Shown: positions 39,901 through 50,322, numbered from the stretch's first letter. The stretch: 64,000 nucleotides of DNA from Patescibacteria group bacterium (GCA_028714455.1 JAQTMG010000001.1:128568-192567), one strand, 5' to 3'. Translations and numbers: made by a program. Notes: generated from the sequence alone by a model not told the origin.

Positions 39901-40874
39901 CAATGAGAACTTTTCACACTGGCGGCGTGGCCGGATCAGATATTACCCAAGGTTTGCCAAGGGTTGAAGAGCTTTTTGAAGCGCGGCCGCCAAAGCGCAA
40001 AGCCTATATGGCGGAAGTTGAAGGCCTGGTTTCGATTTCTGACGCGCCGAAACAAATCGAGGACGAAAAAGGTAGAATCTTGTTAAGCACCGCGCGCGGA
40101 CAGAAGATAGTTAAGATAAAATTTGACGACGTTGAGGAAGATGTTTACCCGCTCAAGAATAAAAAAGCCGAACTTAAGGTTAAAGATGGTGAAAAAGTAG
40201 CCAAGGGCGCCACGCTTTTTATCAATGGCAGTGACGAGATCAGGGCAAAACGAGCCGGCCTGATAAAATTAACCGAAAAGACGGTTAAGGTTATCACTCA
40301 AGTTGAAAAGGATAAGGAATACATCATCCCGCCGGGCTACAGAATCTGGGTTAACAACGGCGATTTTGTTAAAAAAGGCGATCAGTTGACCGAAGGCAGT
40401 TTGGACCTGCATCAACTTTTCAAACTGCGCGGCAAGGGCGATATTGAAAAGTACATTGTCAAGGAAATTCAATACATCTACGCCTCTCAAGGCCAGCGTC
40501 TAAATGAAAAGCACATCGAGGTAATTATCAGACAGCTTTTTAGCAGAGTCATGATTAAAGATTCAGGTGAGACTAATATTTTGCCCGGAGAAATAGTTGA
40601 AAAATCAGAGGTCTACGAGGCCAATGATTTAGCCGAAAAAGAAGGCACCAAGCCAGCGACGTTTGAGGAATTATTTTTGGGAATTACCAAGGTTTCTTTA
40701 ACGACTCGCAGCTTCTTATCATCGGCTTCTTTTCAGGAGACCTCAAGAGTCTTAATCAATGCGGCTGTTTCAGGTAAGGTAGACAATCTCGAAGGACTTA
40801 AGGAAAATGTTATTATCGGTCGCTTGATTCCAGCTGGCACCGGGTTTAAAAAGAGTGCCAAAGACGAAGCCTAA
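36984..40874 (+). CDS. rpoC: RNA polymerase beta' subunit
   Basis: NADFDGD catalytic motif, Zn finger, [13 protein letters not shown]. Confidence 0.99.
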   Translation: MIFNQTKPLDFDAIKIRLASPEAIKAWSHGEVTKPETINYRTQKPEKDGLFCEKCFGPSKDWECYCGKYKKIRYKGIVCDKCGVEVTHSMVRRERMGHISLAAPVSHIWFLRGVPSRLGLILDVSVQSLEKVIYFASFIITKVDENLKTQAIESLRAEYKSKKKQIDSNFKNRINQIKNAKDLKEKSRDAKIVEINKERDQEHAELDKEFSRTESELKELKLKKIVAEDEYQDMSLKFGHIFEAGIGAEAIYQLLTEIDMKKLAANLETEKDSAIGAKRERVIKRLRLIKNLAKNDIRPEWMILLVIPVIPPDLRPMVPLDGGRFATSDLNDLYRRVINRNNRLKKLKELNAPEVIIRNEKRMLQEAVDALIDNSARHTKTTKASTGQKRQLKSLADILKGKQGRFRQNLLGKRTDYSGRSVIVVGPNLKLYQCGLPKRMALELFKPFVISQLIKREFVHNIRSANRFIESGRSEVWDILEEIVKDAHVLLNRAPTLHRLGIQAFHPILIEGKAIQLHPLVCSAFNADFDGDQMAVHVPLTEQARTEAKELMLSSKNLLKPATGNPITAPRMDIVWGWNYVTTLKEFKPELRVFSSPDEAILAFKSSVVAINEKIKVRMSVGHKKKSEYLETNVGRIFFNRIFPQGLPYYNEQITTKNLGEIIKNCLENFGKERTAQILDDIKDAGFYYLTLSGYSWGMDDLPALPEKKVIIDEGNKMIDEIDKQYQQGLLTKSERHSKIIEVWTAIKERIVQLGKDKLDKNGSVYTMVISGARGSWAQVTQMVGMKGLVSNPAGEIIELPVKGSFKEGFDVLEFFISTHGSRKGLTDTALRTANAGYLTRRLIDVAQDVVVREEDCGDREGMIYTKKESEEIGVDLIDRIWGRVCTEKIVDPKTKEVIIEKGGIITEAIARKLKPLNLEQIKVRSVLTCRKKKGVCQKCYGHDLGYNEMVKLGTAVGIIAAQSIGEPGTQLTMRTFHTGGVAGSDITQGLPRVEELFEARPPKRKAYMAEVEGLVSISDAPKQIEDEKGRILLSTARGQKIVKIKFDDVEEDVYPLKNKKAELKVKDGEKVAKGATLFINGSDEIRAKRAGLIKLTEKTVKVITQVEKDKEYIIPPGYRIWVNNGDFVKKGDQLTEGSLDLHQLFKLRGKGDIEKYIVKEIQYIYASQGQRLNEKHIEVIIRQLFSRVMIKDSGETNILPGEIVEKSEVYEANDLAEKEGTKPATFEELFLGITKVSLTTRSFLSSASFQETSRVLINAAVSGKVDNLEGLKENVIIGRLIPAGTGFKKSAKDEA

Positions 40875-40995
40875 AAGAATAATATAAACTAAAAAAATGC
40901 TCAACTTGGGCATTTTTTTAGTTGCAAAATTACTAAAATTAGCCGATTTTTGGTGGTATTTTTGCTAAAGCTAGCCAACTGGCAAGGGGTGGGTA

Positions 40996-41024
40996 TTGAC
41001 AAATCATAGATTATATGATATGAT
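40996..41024 (+). promoter_or_regulatory. Sigma70-type promoter
   Basis: TTGACA-17-TATGAT with extended TG. Confidence 0.75.
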
Positions 41025-41037
41025 TGTTAATTCTTTA

Positions 41038-41306
41038 AAAAATAATAGTTGGCAAAAAAATGGGGGTAGTAGTGGCGTTGGGTTCTAGATAGTTTCTGGC
41101 TTCGGCTCGAAATTGCCTAGACCTGATGTTTTTCTGGCAGGGCTCTAGCTCAAGGCCAGAAGTTCCGGTGCAAATCGGAACAATACCTCCAGTTTCTTGC
41201 CAATTATTTTGAGTCTCGAGTAAAGGGCTATTTGAGGCCCCCATCAAATAAAATGTACTTTTTACTTTTACCGGGGGAAACTCTAGCCCTTCATCGGGGA
41301 CTTAAA
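41038..41306 (+). ncRNA. Candidate two-domain multibranch structured RNA (~270 nt)
   Basis: Four-way junction with cUUCGg and GCAA tetraloops and many G-U pairs on the + strand; second multibranch domain with GAAA loop. Confidence 0.65.
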
Positions 41307-41344
41307 TCAACAAATAAATAAAAGTTCCAAAGGAGGATCAGGTT

Positions 41345-41473
41345 ATGGAAGAAACCATCGGCGTTAACCCAAGTTTCTTTGATCCGGAGTCGGTCAAATC
41401 CGAAACCGGACTCGCGACGGCCACTTTCGATGGAGAAATGATCGAAATCGAAGAAGTCGTCATTGAAATCTAA
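41345..41473 (+). CDS. 42-aa acidic peptide
   Basis: AAGGAGG SD; MEETIGVNPSFFDPESVKSETGLATATFDGEMIEIEEVVIEI*. Confidence 0.6.
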   Translation: MEETIGVNPSFFDPESVKSETGLATATFDGEMIEIEEVVIEI

Positions 41474-41642
41474 TTTAATCGGGAACCACCTGAAAAATCA
41501 TCTGGTTCCCTCCTCATTTCAGGATGGAATGTCTCTTGTAGATTATTTTATCCTGAAACGAGGAATAATAATTGTTCCTTTTATCTATAAAAAAGAGGAA
41601 AGGGAAAAAGTTTCGAATAAACCAAACCCAAGGAGGGGAAAA

Positions 41643-42638
41643 ATGAAGGATCTTCGGGTAAACGGCAAAATAATCTGCCTCTCCACTGCTCTCACCGGAG
41701 CGGTGCGGGGGAAAAAGGGAGTCCACATCGGCAAGAAGGCCATCAGCATTGAGTGCGAAATCAGTCCTGATGGTGGCGAGGCCACGGCCAACGCCCTACT
41801 GGGCATCGACGCGAAAATCCATTTCGGTTTCGACGTACTGGCGTCGGGTGTCAGCATCAGTCCCAACGAGAAAAGAGCCATGATTATCTGCGACCTCGAC
41901 GGCTATGAGGTCAGGGGCACGGGCTACAACACGGACGACGGATTCAGGTTTAACCACCTGGGTTCGGTCACGAGAGTCGTTGCGGAGTATTGCGTCAGGG
42001 ACCATCAATACATCACGCAATGGCACGTATCCCAGGCGCAGTTCAACGGCCGCAACCGGCACAGCATCCGAATCGCGGAAGATTCTTTCATTCTCGAGAT
42101 GCCGGAACAGTTGGCCAAGCGCTACCTCATGCGGTACAGCGAAGAGCCGTTCCTGCCCAGGGAGCAGATGGTGTGCCTGATCAAGGCATACATCGACGGG
42201 ACCGACAAAGTCTCGATTCCCTGGAAAGTGAGGCTGAAGCGCATCGTTGAAGCTCTCGCCGTCACCTACGCGAGGACGTTTGGCCTGGATGCCGCTCTGC
42301 CTCAAAGGGAAGAGCCAGCCAAAGTCCAACCCGCGGCCGCCGCCCCGCTCCAGCCCGCGATCGAACTGTCGGTCGTCGAGCCGGCTGCGAAAACGGAGTC
42401 GGCCGAGGAACCGGAACCCGAGGACGAAGCCAATTTCGTGACACTTGTCGCGGTTGGCGGAGGCGAACCGGCGATGATGGACGGTCCTATCGTTGACCCG
42501 CAGAAAATTGCGGGAATGGAGGCCGAGGCCATGAACCCCGGCGGCAGAGAGGGTCGCAATCGCCGCAGACCCCCCGCACCCAAGTCCCATGTCAAGGGAA
42601 GCAGGGGCGGGCGCAAAGGCGGAACCAAAGAAGAGTAG
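41643..42638 (+). CDS. Hypothetical GC-rich protein with disordered C-terminus
   Basis: AAGGAGG SD before ATG 41643 (MKDLRVNG); GC-rich codon usage. Confidence 0.75.
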   Translation: MKDLRVNGKIICLSTALTGAVRGKKGVHIGKKAISIECEISPDGGEATANALLGIDAKIHFGFDVLASGVSISPNEKRAMIICDLDGYEVRGTGYNTDDGFRFNHLGSVTRVVAEYCVRDHQYITQWHVSQAQFNGRNRHSIRIAEDSFILEMPEQLAKRYLMRYSEEPFLPREQMVCLIKAYIDGTDKVSIPWKVRLKRIVEALAVTYARTFGLDAALPQREEPAKVQPAAAAPLQPAIELSVVEPAAKTESAEEPEPEDEANFVTLVAVGGGEPAMMDGPIVDPQKIAGMEAEAMNPGGREGRNRRRPPAPKSHVKGSRGGRKGGTKEE

Positions 42639-43063
42639 GCAAGCCACAAACGGCTTCGCCAACTCCAAACACGGAACCCAAAAAAAGGACCCAAGGAGGA
42701 ACTATGGGAACCATGGATTACGGCTAAATGTGACAAATTTGCGTTTTACCAAGCTTTGACGCTGTCGACGACAGAAAAACTTGGTTATACGCCAAAAGAC
42801 CAAGGCTAAGGCCATGGCCGGCGCGAATAGAAAGCGACACCCTGCTAACGATTTTGTCCCCGTTTCTAATAAAATGGAGAGCCTAAGAGAAGCAGTTCTC
42901 TCCGGAGAAAACCGAGAAAAATCGGGACAGTTTGAATCTGTCCCTTCTTTCCAAAGTCATAAGTGAAAATTTGTGGCTTTAGACAGAGGAGCAATTGACA
43001 AGAAAAATTGTTTCTGGTAAATTAAAAGAAGTTTGAAAAATTAAAAAATAAAAAGGAGGAGGA

Positions 43064-43210
43064 ATGAGATATCTGATACTCTTCTTCAGCCTCGCGTTCA
43101 TTTTCCCCATCATCGAACTTTTCTGGGCGAGAGTCGTTCAGGAAAGTTCGATCACCATCAGCTCCAAAACCTGGTGTGGCTTGAACCACTACGCCTCGGG
43201 ATTTACCTAG
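43064..43210 (+). CDS. 48-aa hydrophobic peptide or interrupted gene
   Basis: TTGACA promoter near 42995, AGGAGGAGG SD, MRYLILFFSLAFIFPIIELFWARV... Confidence 0.45.
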   Translation: MRYLILFFSLAFIFPIIELFWARVVQESSITISSKTWCGLNHYASGFT

Positions 43211-43627
43211 AAGGAGTTGCGGTTCGATTGGCATCTGCCCCAAGGTTTGGGTCCTTGCCAGGCAGAGGAAGGCTCGCAAAATTCGACAAACCTGGACTAC
43301 GCCACGTCGGCGTCGGGCTAACACCCCCACAAAGGAGGGAGAGTGAAGCACACGGGACCGCCCAATTCGTCAACCAAGTTGTTGACGCGCGATCATCGCC
43401 ACATCGGACCCGCGTGACCAAGGGCTCGGTACCGGCCTAACAAGAAATGGTTAGGCCACGCCGAATCCGGTCGGAGGAGAAAAATTGATGAAAGATATTT
43501 AGCCAAGCGCTACCGCCGGCGCTCTAACACAAAAAGGCGTTGGCCCCCTGGAGAAATCCGGGGGCTTTTTTTATAACAAAAAATCCCGCACCGCGGGATT
43601 TTTTGGAATAGAGGTAGTAGTGGTACC

Positions 43628-43909
43628 TTATTTTCCCTTCAAAGCATCTTTTAATGCTTTGCCTGATTTGAATTTCGGAATGGTCACGGCCGGAATGTCA
43701 ATTTTTTCTGAAGGCTTTTGGGGATTGACGCCTTTTCTGGCCGAGCGAACCTTGGCAGAAAATGTGCCAAAGCCGGTCAGCGTGACTTCCTCGGCTTTTT
43801 TCAAACTCTCGGTAATCGAATCAAGAATTGAGTCCAAGACATCTTCGACCTGCTTTTTGGTCAGATTTGTTTTTGAGGCAACGGCCTCAATCAAGCTGGC
43901 TTTATTCAT
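43628..43909 (-). CDS. hup: HU family DNA-binding protein (second paralog)
   Basis: MNKASLIEAVA...GFGTF...RKGVNPQ...IPA...PKFKSGK. Confidence 0.94.
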   Translation of the reverse strand: MNKASLIEAVASKTNLTKKQVEDVLDSILDSITESLKKAEEVTLTGFGTFSAKVRSARKGVNPQKPSEKIDIPAVTIPKFKSGKALKDALKGK

Positions 43910-43930
43910 AAGAGTGAATTAATTTTTATT

Positions 43931-44734
43931 TTATATATCAACTTGTTTATTAATCACCTTTATTTTGGTGGCCAATTTTGAGTCGGGATTTATCTCAAGG
44001 TAAACGCCGCTGATCTGGCAGATTCCGCTTTCGGGAATTTCGGCTGACATGCCGCCGTCAGTCAAAAAGTTTTGGACAACCTCGTCTTTATCCAGCCCGA
44101 TGACTGATTCACTGGCGCCTGTCATGCCCACGTCCGAAATATAAGCGGTGCCATTTTTTAATATTTTTTCATCAGCCGTCATCACGTGCGTGTGCGTGCC
44201 AATCACGGCCGAGACTCGGCCGTCAAGATGATAGCCAAGCGCGACCTTTTCACTGGTCGCTTCGGCGTGGAAGTCAACAATAATGCCGTTCAGCGGCTCG
44301 CCTTTATGCTTCTCTAGGATTTCGTCGGCGACTTTGAACGGATTTTTATATTCATCCTGAAAAAAGACTCTACCCATTAAGTTTAACACGAGTAGCTGAT
44401 GTTGGCCAATTTTCAGGATTCTTTCTCCTGTTCCCGGTACCGCTTCAATATAGTTGGCCGGACGGATAATCGGCATGTCTTTTTCCGCCAAAATAAATTC
44501 TCCGTCCGGTTTATCAAAGATATGATTGCCGGACGTGAAAAAATCAATGCCGGCCGCGATCATTTCATTCAGACTGTTTCTGGTGATACCGTGGCCGTGG
44601 GCCAGATTTTCCGCGTTGGCTATTATGACGTCAGGTTTATATTCCTTTTTTAACTCTGGCAGAGCCTTAATAATTCCTTGGCGGCCTATTCTGCCAAAGA
44701 TATCGCCGAGAAAAATTATTTTTATTTTTTTCAT
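43931..44734 (-). CDS. ymdB: YmdB/TIGR00282 metallophosphoesterase
   Basis: GDIFG, NAEN, SGNH, DFHAEATSEK, GTHTHV; downstream of rny. Confidence 0.93.
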   Translation of the reverse strand: MKKIKIIFLGDIFGRIGRQGIIKALPELKKEYKPDVIIANAENLAHGHGITRNSLNEMIAAGIDFFTSGNHIFDKPDGEFILAEKDMPIIRPANYIEAVPGTGERILKIGQHQLLVLNLMGRVFFQDEYKNPFKVADEILEKHKGEPLNGIIVDFHAEATSEKVALGYHLDGRVSAVIGTHTHVMTADEKILKNGTAYISDVGMTGASESVIGLDKDEVVQNFLTDGGMSAEIPESGICQISGVYLEINPDSKLATKIKVINKQVDI

Positions 44735-44736
44735 AT

Positions 44737-46260
44737 TTATCTGGCGTATTCAGTGATGCGTTTTTCACGGATGACAGTGACTTTGATTTCGCCCGGATAT
44801 TTGAGTTCCTCTTCGATTTTGTGAGCAATGCCCTGGGCCAGCTTCATTGCCTCCAGATCGTCAACCGTTTCCGGCACGACAAAAACGCGAATCTCGCGGC
44901 CGGCCTGAATGGCATAGGATTTTTGTACTCCGGCGAAACCATTGGCTACATTTTCTAATTCCTCCAGCCTTTGGAGATAGCGTTCGTACGTATCTTTGCG
45001 GGCGCCTGGTCTGGCGCCAGAAATAGCGTCAGCCACTTTTACGATTACGCTTTCAAGCGTCTTTGGGTTATCCTCGTGATGGCCGATACAGATATAGGCA
45101 ATATCCTCGGGCATGTTGAATTTTTTCATGATGTCGTAGCCGATTTCCGGATGTCCGCCTTTTACTTCGTGGTCAACGGCCTTGCCGATGTCATGGAAAA
45201 GGCCGCCCTTTTTACAGACGGTAATGTCGGCGCCGATTTCTTCAGCCATTAAGCCGGCCAGGTGAGCCACTTCAAGCGAATGCAAAAGAACATTGTGGCC
45301 GTAGCTTGTCCTGAATTTTAAGCGACCTAATATCTGAACTAGTTTTGGATCTATGCCCGTGATGCCCAAATCATAAAGCGCGTCTTCGCCCGATTTTTTT
45401 ATTTCAATGGCGATTTCTTTTTTGGCGCTTTCGATGGCTTCCTCAATTCTGGCCGGGTGGATGCGTCCGTCCGCGATCAGCGAATCAAGCGCTCTCTTGG
45501 CCACTTGTCTGCGAATCGGGGAGAAACCAGAAATGGTGATAGCCATTGGCGTATCGTCAACCACAATTTCAACGCCGGTCAGTTGTTCAATGCTTCTGAT
45601 GTTTCTGCCTTCTCGTCCGATAATTCTGCCCTTCATCTCATCGCTGGGTAAAGAAACCGTTGTGGTTGTGATTTCCTGGGCGTGCGAGATTGAACATCTC
45701 TGGATGGCCAGAGTCATTATCTCTTTGGCTTTCTGGTCAATCTCTTCTTGTCCCGAATCTTGTAATTTTTTTATTCTGGCCAGAATATCTTCCTTGGCGA
45801 CTCGCTCGGTGTTGGCCAAAAGCGCCTCTTTAGCTTCGGCCTGGGTCATCTTGGCGATTTTTTCCAATTTTTGGAATTGTTCCTCCTTGAGTTTGTTGAT
45901 TCGTTCTTTTATTTCTTCAATTTCTCTGGCCTTGTCCAGAAGTTTTTGCTGGCGGTTTTCCAGATCAAGCAGTTTTTGATCAAAGATACTCTCTCTTTTT
46001 TCCAACCTTTGCTGGATGTGAAAGAGTTCTTTACGTCTCTCCTGCTCTTCGCGTTTGGCATCGTCAATAATTTTTAAGGCCTTGTCTTTGGCCTCCAACA
46101 AATACTCTCTCTGTTTGTTCTTGGCTTCCTTGATTAGATTTTCGGCGCGGCTCTCGGCGTCTTTGATTTCCTTGGTCGCCAAATATTTTCTAACAAAATA
46201 GCCGACCAGAAATGCTAAAATCGCCGCACCGGCCAAAATCAAAAAGGTGTTTGTGTTCAT
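44737..46260 (-). CDS. rny: Ribonuclease Y
   Basis: N-terminal TM, coiled coil, KH (MKGRIIGREGRNIR), HD (FHDIGK). Confidence 0.97.
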   Translation of the reverse strand: MNTNTFLILAGAAILAFLVGYFVRKYLATKEIKDAESRAENLIKEAKNKQREYLLEAKDKALKIIDDAKREEQERRKELFHIQQRLEKRESIFDQKLLDLENRQQKLLDKAREIEEIKERINKLKEEQFQKLEKIAKMTQAEAKEALLANTERVAKEDILARIKKLQDSGQEEIDQKAKEIMTLAIQRCSISHAQEITTTTVSLPSDEMKGRIIGREGRNIRSIEQLTGVEIVVDDTPMAITISGFSPIRRQVAKRALDSLIADGRIHPARIEEAIESAKKEIAIEIKKSGEDALYDLGITGIDPKLVQILGRLKFRTSYGHNVLLHSLEVAHLAGLMAEEIGADITVCKKGGLFHDIGKAVDHEVKGGHPEIGYDIMKKFNMPEDIAYICIGHHEDNPKTLESVIVKVADAISGARPGARKDTYERYLQRLEELENVANGFAGVQKSYAIQAGREIRVFVVPETVDDLEAMKLAQGIAHKIEEELKYPGEIKVTVIREKRITEYAR

Positions 46261-46576
46261 ATTTCTCCTAGTGGTATATAGAGAGGATTTAAAAGGTACA
46301 AAAAAACAAGAGTTTAATTTACGCCCTGCTTGTCTTTTGTCAGTTTAATATTTGAGGTCATTTAAGTTAAAAGTTTATGCTCTATCGAGAAATTTTTTCA
46401 GTAAATCCTCTGCTATTATTTATTAATTAATAACAATTTCATCTTAGCATTTATCTCCGTTTTTGACAAGCGCGGGACAAGATTTTCTAATTTTTTCACG
46501 TTGACTTTAAGCTTCTAAAAAGGTATAATAATTAAAAGGATGAGAAATCCTTATTTTTTATCGACAAATTCCTAAC

Positions 46577-48562
46577 ATGAACGTTTCTGAATTAGCCAGA
46601 AAATTGAAGATTAATTCAGCGGAACTCCTGGAGATACTGCCGGAGTTTGGTTTTGACATTGGCAAAAGAGCGATTAAAGTCGATGAACGTCTGGCCCATA
46701 AAATATTGAATCTGGGCCCGAAAATTAAAGATAAAATTGAAGAAAACAAAATAGCCAAATCAAGCGAACCGATCGTCGAAAAAGAAGTTGTCAGCGCGCC
46801 CAAAGAGATTCTCATGCCTTCGGTGGTCACGGTCAAAGAATTCGCCGGCTTGATTGGCAAACCCGTAAACGAGGTGATTAAACAGCTGATGAAAAATGGC
46901 GTCATGGCTTCTCTAAATGAAAGAATAGATTTTGATACGGCTTCAATTACCGCCGATGAATTCGGCATAAAGGCGGTTTTATCAAAAGATCAGGAAGCAA
47001 TTTTAGAAGCGGAGACACTGGACGAGCGAATGAAGAAAATTTTTGAGACGGAAGACAAGAAAAAATTTGAAGAAAGACCGCCGGTTGTCGTAGTGATGGG
47101 CCACGTTGACCACGGCAAAACCAAGCTGCTTGATGCCATAAGAAAAACTAATGTTATCGCGACTGAATCGGGAGGAATCACGCAGCACATTGGCGCTTAC
47201 CAGGTTGTTAAACAAAATAAGTTGATTACTTTCATAGACACGCCCGGCCACGAAGCTTTTACGGCCATGAGATCCAGGGGCGCGAGAGTCGCGGATGTCG
47301 CGATTCTGGTTGTGGCGGCTAATGACAGCATTAAGCCCCAAACCGTTGAAGCGATAAAGATTATCCAGCAGTCGAAATTGCCCATGATCGTGGCCATCAA
47401 CAAAATTGATCTGCCGGACGCCAATATTGAAAAAGTAAAGCAGGACTTATCGGCTATGAATTTACTGCCCGAGGATTGGGGCGGCAAAACAATTTGCGTT
47501 CCGATCTCCGCCAAGCAAAACACTGGCCTCGACGATCTGCTCACCACCGTGCTTTTGGTTTCAGAATTACAAAAAGACAAGCTAGTGGCTAATCCAGAGG
47601 GTAAGACGCTGGGCACGATAATTGAATCGCACATTGATAAGGGCGAAGGTCCGGTGGCCACGGTTTTGATTCACAATGGAGCCTTGAAGGTGGGCGATAA
47701 TATAATAATAAATGAAGTTTTTTACGGCCGAGCGCGAGCGCTTAAAGATTTTAACAATAAAGAGATTAAGGCTGGCACGCCGTCCATGCCAGTAAAAATA
47801 ATTGGCTTGAAATTTCCACCCAAAGTTGGAGACATCGCCGAGGTGACAGAGAAAATTGAGCGCCGACACAAAATCTCGCCCGCTAACATAATGCAGGAGA
47901 GGCCAAGTATTTTGCGCAAGCAAGAAGCTAAAGAAGAAAAAGAATCGACCAAAAAATTCAACATAATTTTGAGAGCCGACGTGCTGGGTTCCCTAGAAGT
48001 CATTTCTGACTCGATAGAAAAAATTGAAGCGCAGGACGTTAGGGCCGTGATTGTTTCTAGGGGCTTGGGCAATATAAATGAGTCAGATGTTGAACTGGCC
48101 GCCAATGTGGGAGCCGTGATTTACGGTTTCCATGTTAAGGCAGACGCTTCGACCGCTGATTTAGCCAGAGACAAAAAAGTCGAAATTAAATTTTTTGACG
48201 TGATTTATAAATTGCTTGACGAGGCAAAGTCGCGGCTGTCGGAAATGATTACTCCCGAGATAGTCAGAAAGAATCTGGGCAAACTTCAGGTGCTGGCGAT
48301 TTTTAGAACTGAAGCCAAGAGCATGATTGTCGGTGTTAGAGTTCTTGAGGGCAGAATAACCAAGGGCGTTAAAGCTGAAGATTTTAGAAATGGTAAATCA
48401 ATATCGAGTGGAGAAATAGCCGAACTAAAAATTGGCAAGGAGGTTGTGACTGACGCGGTGACTGGCCAGGAATGCGGTATTTTATACATTGGTAAGCCAG
48501 AATTAAAAATAGGCGATATTATGGAGGCTTATTCCGAAGAGTCCGTTAAAAAGAAATTATAA
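46577..48562 (+). CDS. infB: Translation initiation factor IF-2
   Basis: GHVDHGKT, DTPGHEAF, NKID. Confidence 0.98.
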   Translation: MNVSELARKLKINSAELLEILPEFGFDIGKRAIKVDERLAHKILNLGPKIKDKIEENKIAKSSEPIVEKEVVSAPKEILMPSVVTVKEFAGLIGKPVNEVIKQLMKNGVMASLNERIDFDTASITADEFGIKAVLSKDQEAILEAETLDERMKKIFETEDKKKFEERPPVVVVMGHVDHGKTKLLDAIRKTNVIATESGGITQHIGAYQVVKQNKLITFIDTPGHEAFTAMRSRGARVADVAILVVAANDSIKPQTVEAIKIIQQSKLPMIVAINKIDLPDANIEKVKQDLSAMNLLPEDWGGKTICVPISAKQNTGLDDLLTTVLLVSELQKDKLVANPEGKTLGTIIESHIDKGEGPVATVLIHNGALKVGDNIIINEVFYGRARALKDFNNKEIKAGTPSMPVKIIGLKFPPKVGDIAEVTEKIERRHKISPANIMQERPSILRKQEAKEEKESTKKFNIILRADVLGSLEVISDSIEKIEAQDVRAVIVSRGLGNINESDVELAANVGAVIYGFHVKADASTADLARDKKVEIKFFDVIYKLLDEAKSRLSEMITPEIVRKNLGKLQVLAIFRTEAKSMIVGVRVLEGRITKGVKAEDFRNGKSISSGEIAELKIGKEVVTDAVTGQECGILYIGKPELKIGDIMEAYSEESVKKKL

Positions 48563-48606
48563 AAAAAGGCCGGAAATCACTTTCCGACCTATCGGTTGCA
48601 CGTTGT

Positions 48607-48867
48607 TTATTTTTCTTTGGCGTCGTACCACTCCAGGAATGTTTGCTTCAGGCCAAAGAAGCCGAGCCGGCCCAGGAGGCCGATTAGGCCGAAGAGCGCG
48701 CATGTGGCCAGGAAACAGTAGGCCGCCCATTTCAGGACTTCTGATATAAGTCCCATTCCAGTGAATAAAAACCAGACTGCTCTGATGATGTCATAGGCGA
48801 TCAAACCCGCGAAAGTTAAGAACAGCAGAAAAATCAAAATACCCAAATTACTTTTCATCTTAGCCAT
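48607..48867 (-). CDS. Small two-TM membrane protein
   Basis: GGGAGG SD, TTGACA/TATAAT promoter, hydrophobic. Confidence 0.65.
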   Translation of the reverse strand: MAKMKSNLGILIFLLFLTFAGLIAYDIIRAVWFLFTGMGLISEVLKWAAYCFLATCALFGLIGLLGRLGFFGLKQTFLEWYDAKEK

Positions 48868-48951
48868 TTTAATCCTCCCTTTTGTTTTTATTATAGCACT
48901 ATTTTTATAAATTGTCAAGAGTCAAAACAACTATTAATATTATCAAAAAAT

Positions 48952-49275
48952 ATGTCAGAAATTAAACTTACTTCAGCCAATTTTGAAGAGGAAGTCATAA
49001 ACAGTCAGACTCCCGTGTTAGTTGATTTTTGGGCCGAATGGTGCGGACCTTGTCGCATGATGGAGCCTATTCTAGAAGAACTAGGCAAAGAGTTAGAAGG
49101 AAAACCAGTTAAGATCGGTAAATGCAATGTTGACGAGAATCAGGACCTGGCGCAAAAATATGAGATTCTTTCCATTCCGGCCTTTAAGATTTTTAAGGGC
49201 GGTAAGGTAGTCGAAGAATTTGTCGGCGCCCAAACCAAGGATAGTTTAAAATCTAAATTAGAAAAAATATTATAG
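48952..49275 (+). CDS. trxA: Thioredoxin
   Basis: WCGPC motif. Confidence 0.97.
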   Translation: MSEIKLTSANFEEEVINSQTPVLVDFWAEWCGPCRMMEPILEELGKELEGKPVKIGKCNVDENQDLAQKYEILSIPAFKIFKGGKVVEEFVGAQTKDSLKSKLEKIL

Positions 49276-49286
49276 TTTATAGCTAT

Positions 49287-50240
49287 ATGGCAGAAAATTA
49301 TGATCTTATAATTATCGGCGGCGGTCCGGCAGGCTTGGCGGCCGGCATCTATGCCTCAAGGCGCAAGCTCAAGACTTTGATTGTGGCAAAAAATATCGGC
49401 GGTCAAGCCGGTTACGCCAGCCAGGTGGAAAATTATCCCGGCTATGAATCAATTGGCGGCTTTGAGCTGATGCAGAAATTTCAAAAACAAGCCGAGAAAT
49501 TCGGTTGCGGTTTTAAATATGAAGAGGTGCTCGAAGTTAAAAAAGAAAAAGATTTATTTGTTTCCAAAACATCGGGAGGAGAATATAAATCGCTGGCTCT
49601 GATTCTCGCTTTCGGCATGACGCCGAGAAATCTTGATGTCAGCGGTGAAAAAGAATTTCTGGGCAAGGGTGTGGCTTATTGCGCGACTTGCGACGGGCCG
49701 CTATTCAAAAATAAAATCGTGGCCGTGGTCGGCGGCGGCAACGCGGCCCTGGAATCGATTTTATATCTGTCGAAGATCGCCAAAAAAGTTTACGTGGTGC
49801 ACCGCCGAGGAGAATTTACGGGCGAGGCCGTCTTGGTTGATAAGATTAAGAACGAAAAAAATGTCGAATTGGTTTTGGACAGCGTGGTGACCGGCATAAA
49901 GGGAAATAAATTTGTTAAATCAATCGGCGTGGAAAATACCAAATCAAAAGAAAAGAGTGAAATTTTGTTGGATGGTGTTTTTATTGAAATCGGTCATGTA
50001 GTCAACGCCGAGCCGATAAAAAAATTGGTCAAGCTCGATGAAAACAACGCCGTGATAATCGATTCGGATTGTCAGACCAACGTCCCTGGTTGTTTTGGCG
50101 CCGGTGATGTGACCAATATTAAATTTAAACAAATTGTGATTTCGGCGGGCGAGGGCGCCAAGGCCGCGCTTTCCGCTTATAAATATTTACAGCGATTGCA
50201 AAATAAAGAAAATCCTCTCTTTGATTGGGGCAAAAAGTAA
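49287..50240 (+). CDS. trxB: Thioredoxin reductase
   Basis: GGGPAG, CATCDG, GGGNAA, GAGDV. Confidence 0.95.
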   Translation: MAENYDLIIIGGGPAGLAAGIYASRRKLKTLIVAKNIGGQAGYASQVENYPGYESIGGFELMQKFQKQAEKFGCGFKYEEVLEVKKEKDLFVSKTSGGEYKSLALILAFGMTPRNLDVSGEKEFLGKGVAYCATCDGPLFKNKIVAVVGGGNAALESILYLSKIAKKVYVVHRRGEFTGEAVLVDKIKNEKNVELVLDSVVTGIKGNKFVKSIGVENTKSKEKSEILLDGVFIEIGHVVNAEPIKKLVKLDENNAVIIDSDCQTNVPGCFGAGDVTNIKFKQIVISAGEGAKAALSAYKYLQRLQNKENPLFDWGKK

Positions 50241-50322
50241 CTGAACCACTAATCTATTAACACTGATTACACTAATTCGTGTCATTCGTGAATAAAAATT
50301 CGTGGTTCAGCATTCAACTATT
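50241..50322. repeat. ~82-bp intergenic inverted-repeat element
   Basis: ctgaaccac...gtggttcag ends; homologous to 20118-20200. Confidence 0.6.

Noticed and set aside
16907-40874. Inteins or introns in gyrA, rpoB, rpoC
   Set aside because: Lengths and motif spacing are ordinary and there are no splice motifs.
41463-41642. TTG-started extension of the 391-aa ORF
   Set aside because: It runs through hairpin-rich non-coding sequence; the strong SD precedes ATG 41643.
41796-42668. 290-aa minus-strand ORF and other overlapping ORFs
   Set aside because: Antisense shadows of a GC-rich + strand gene.
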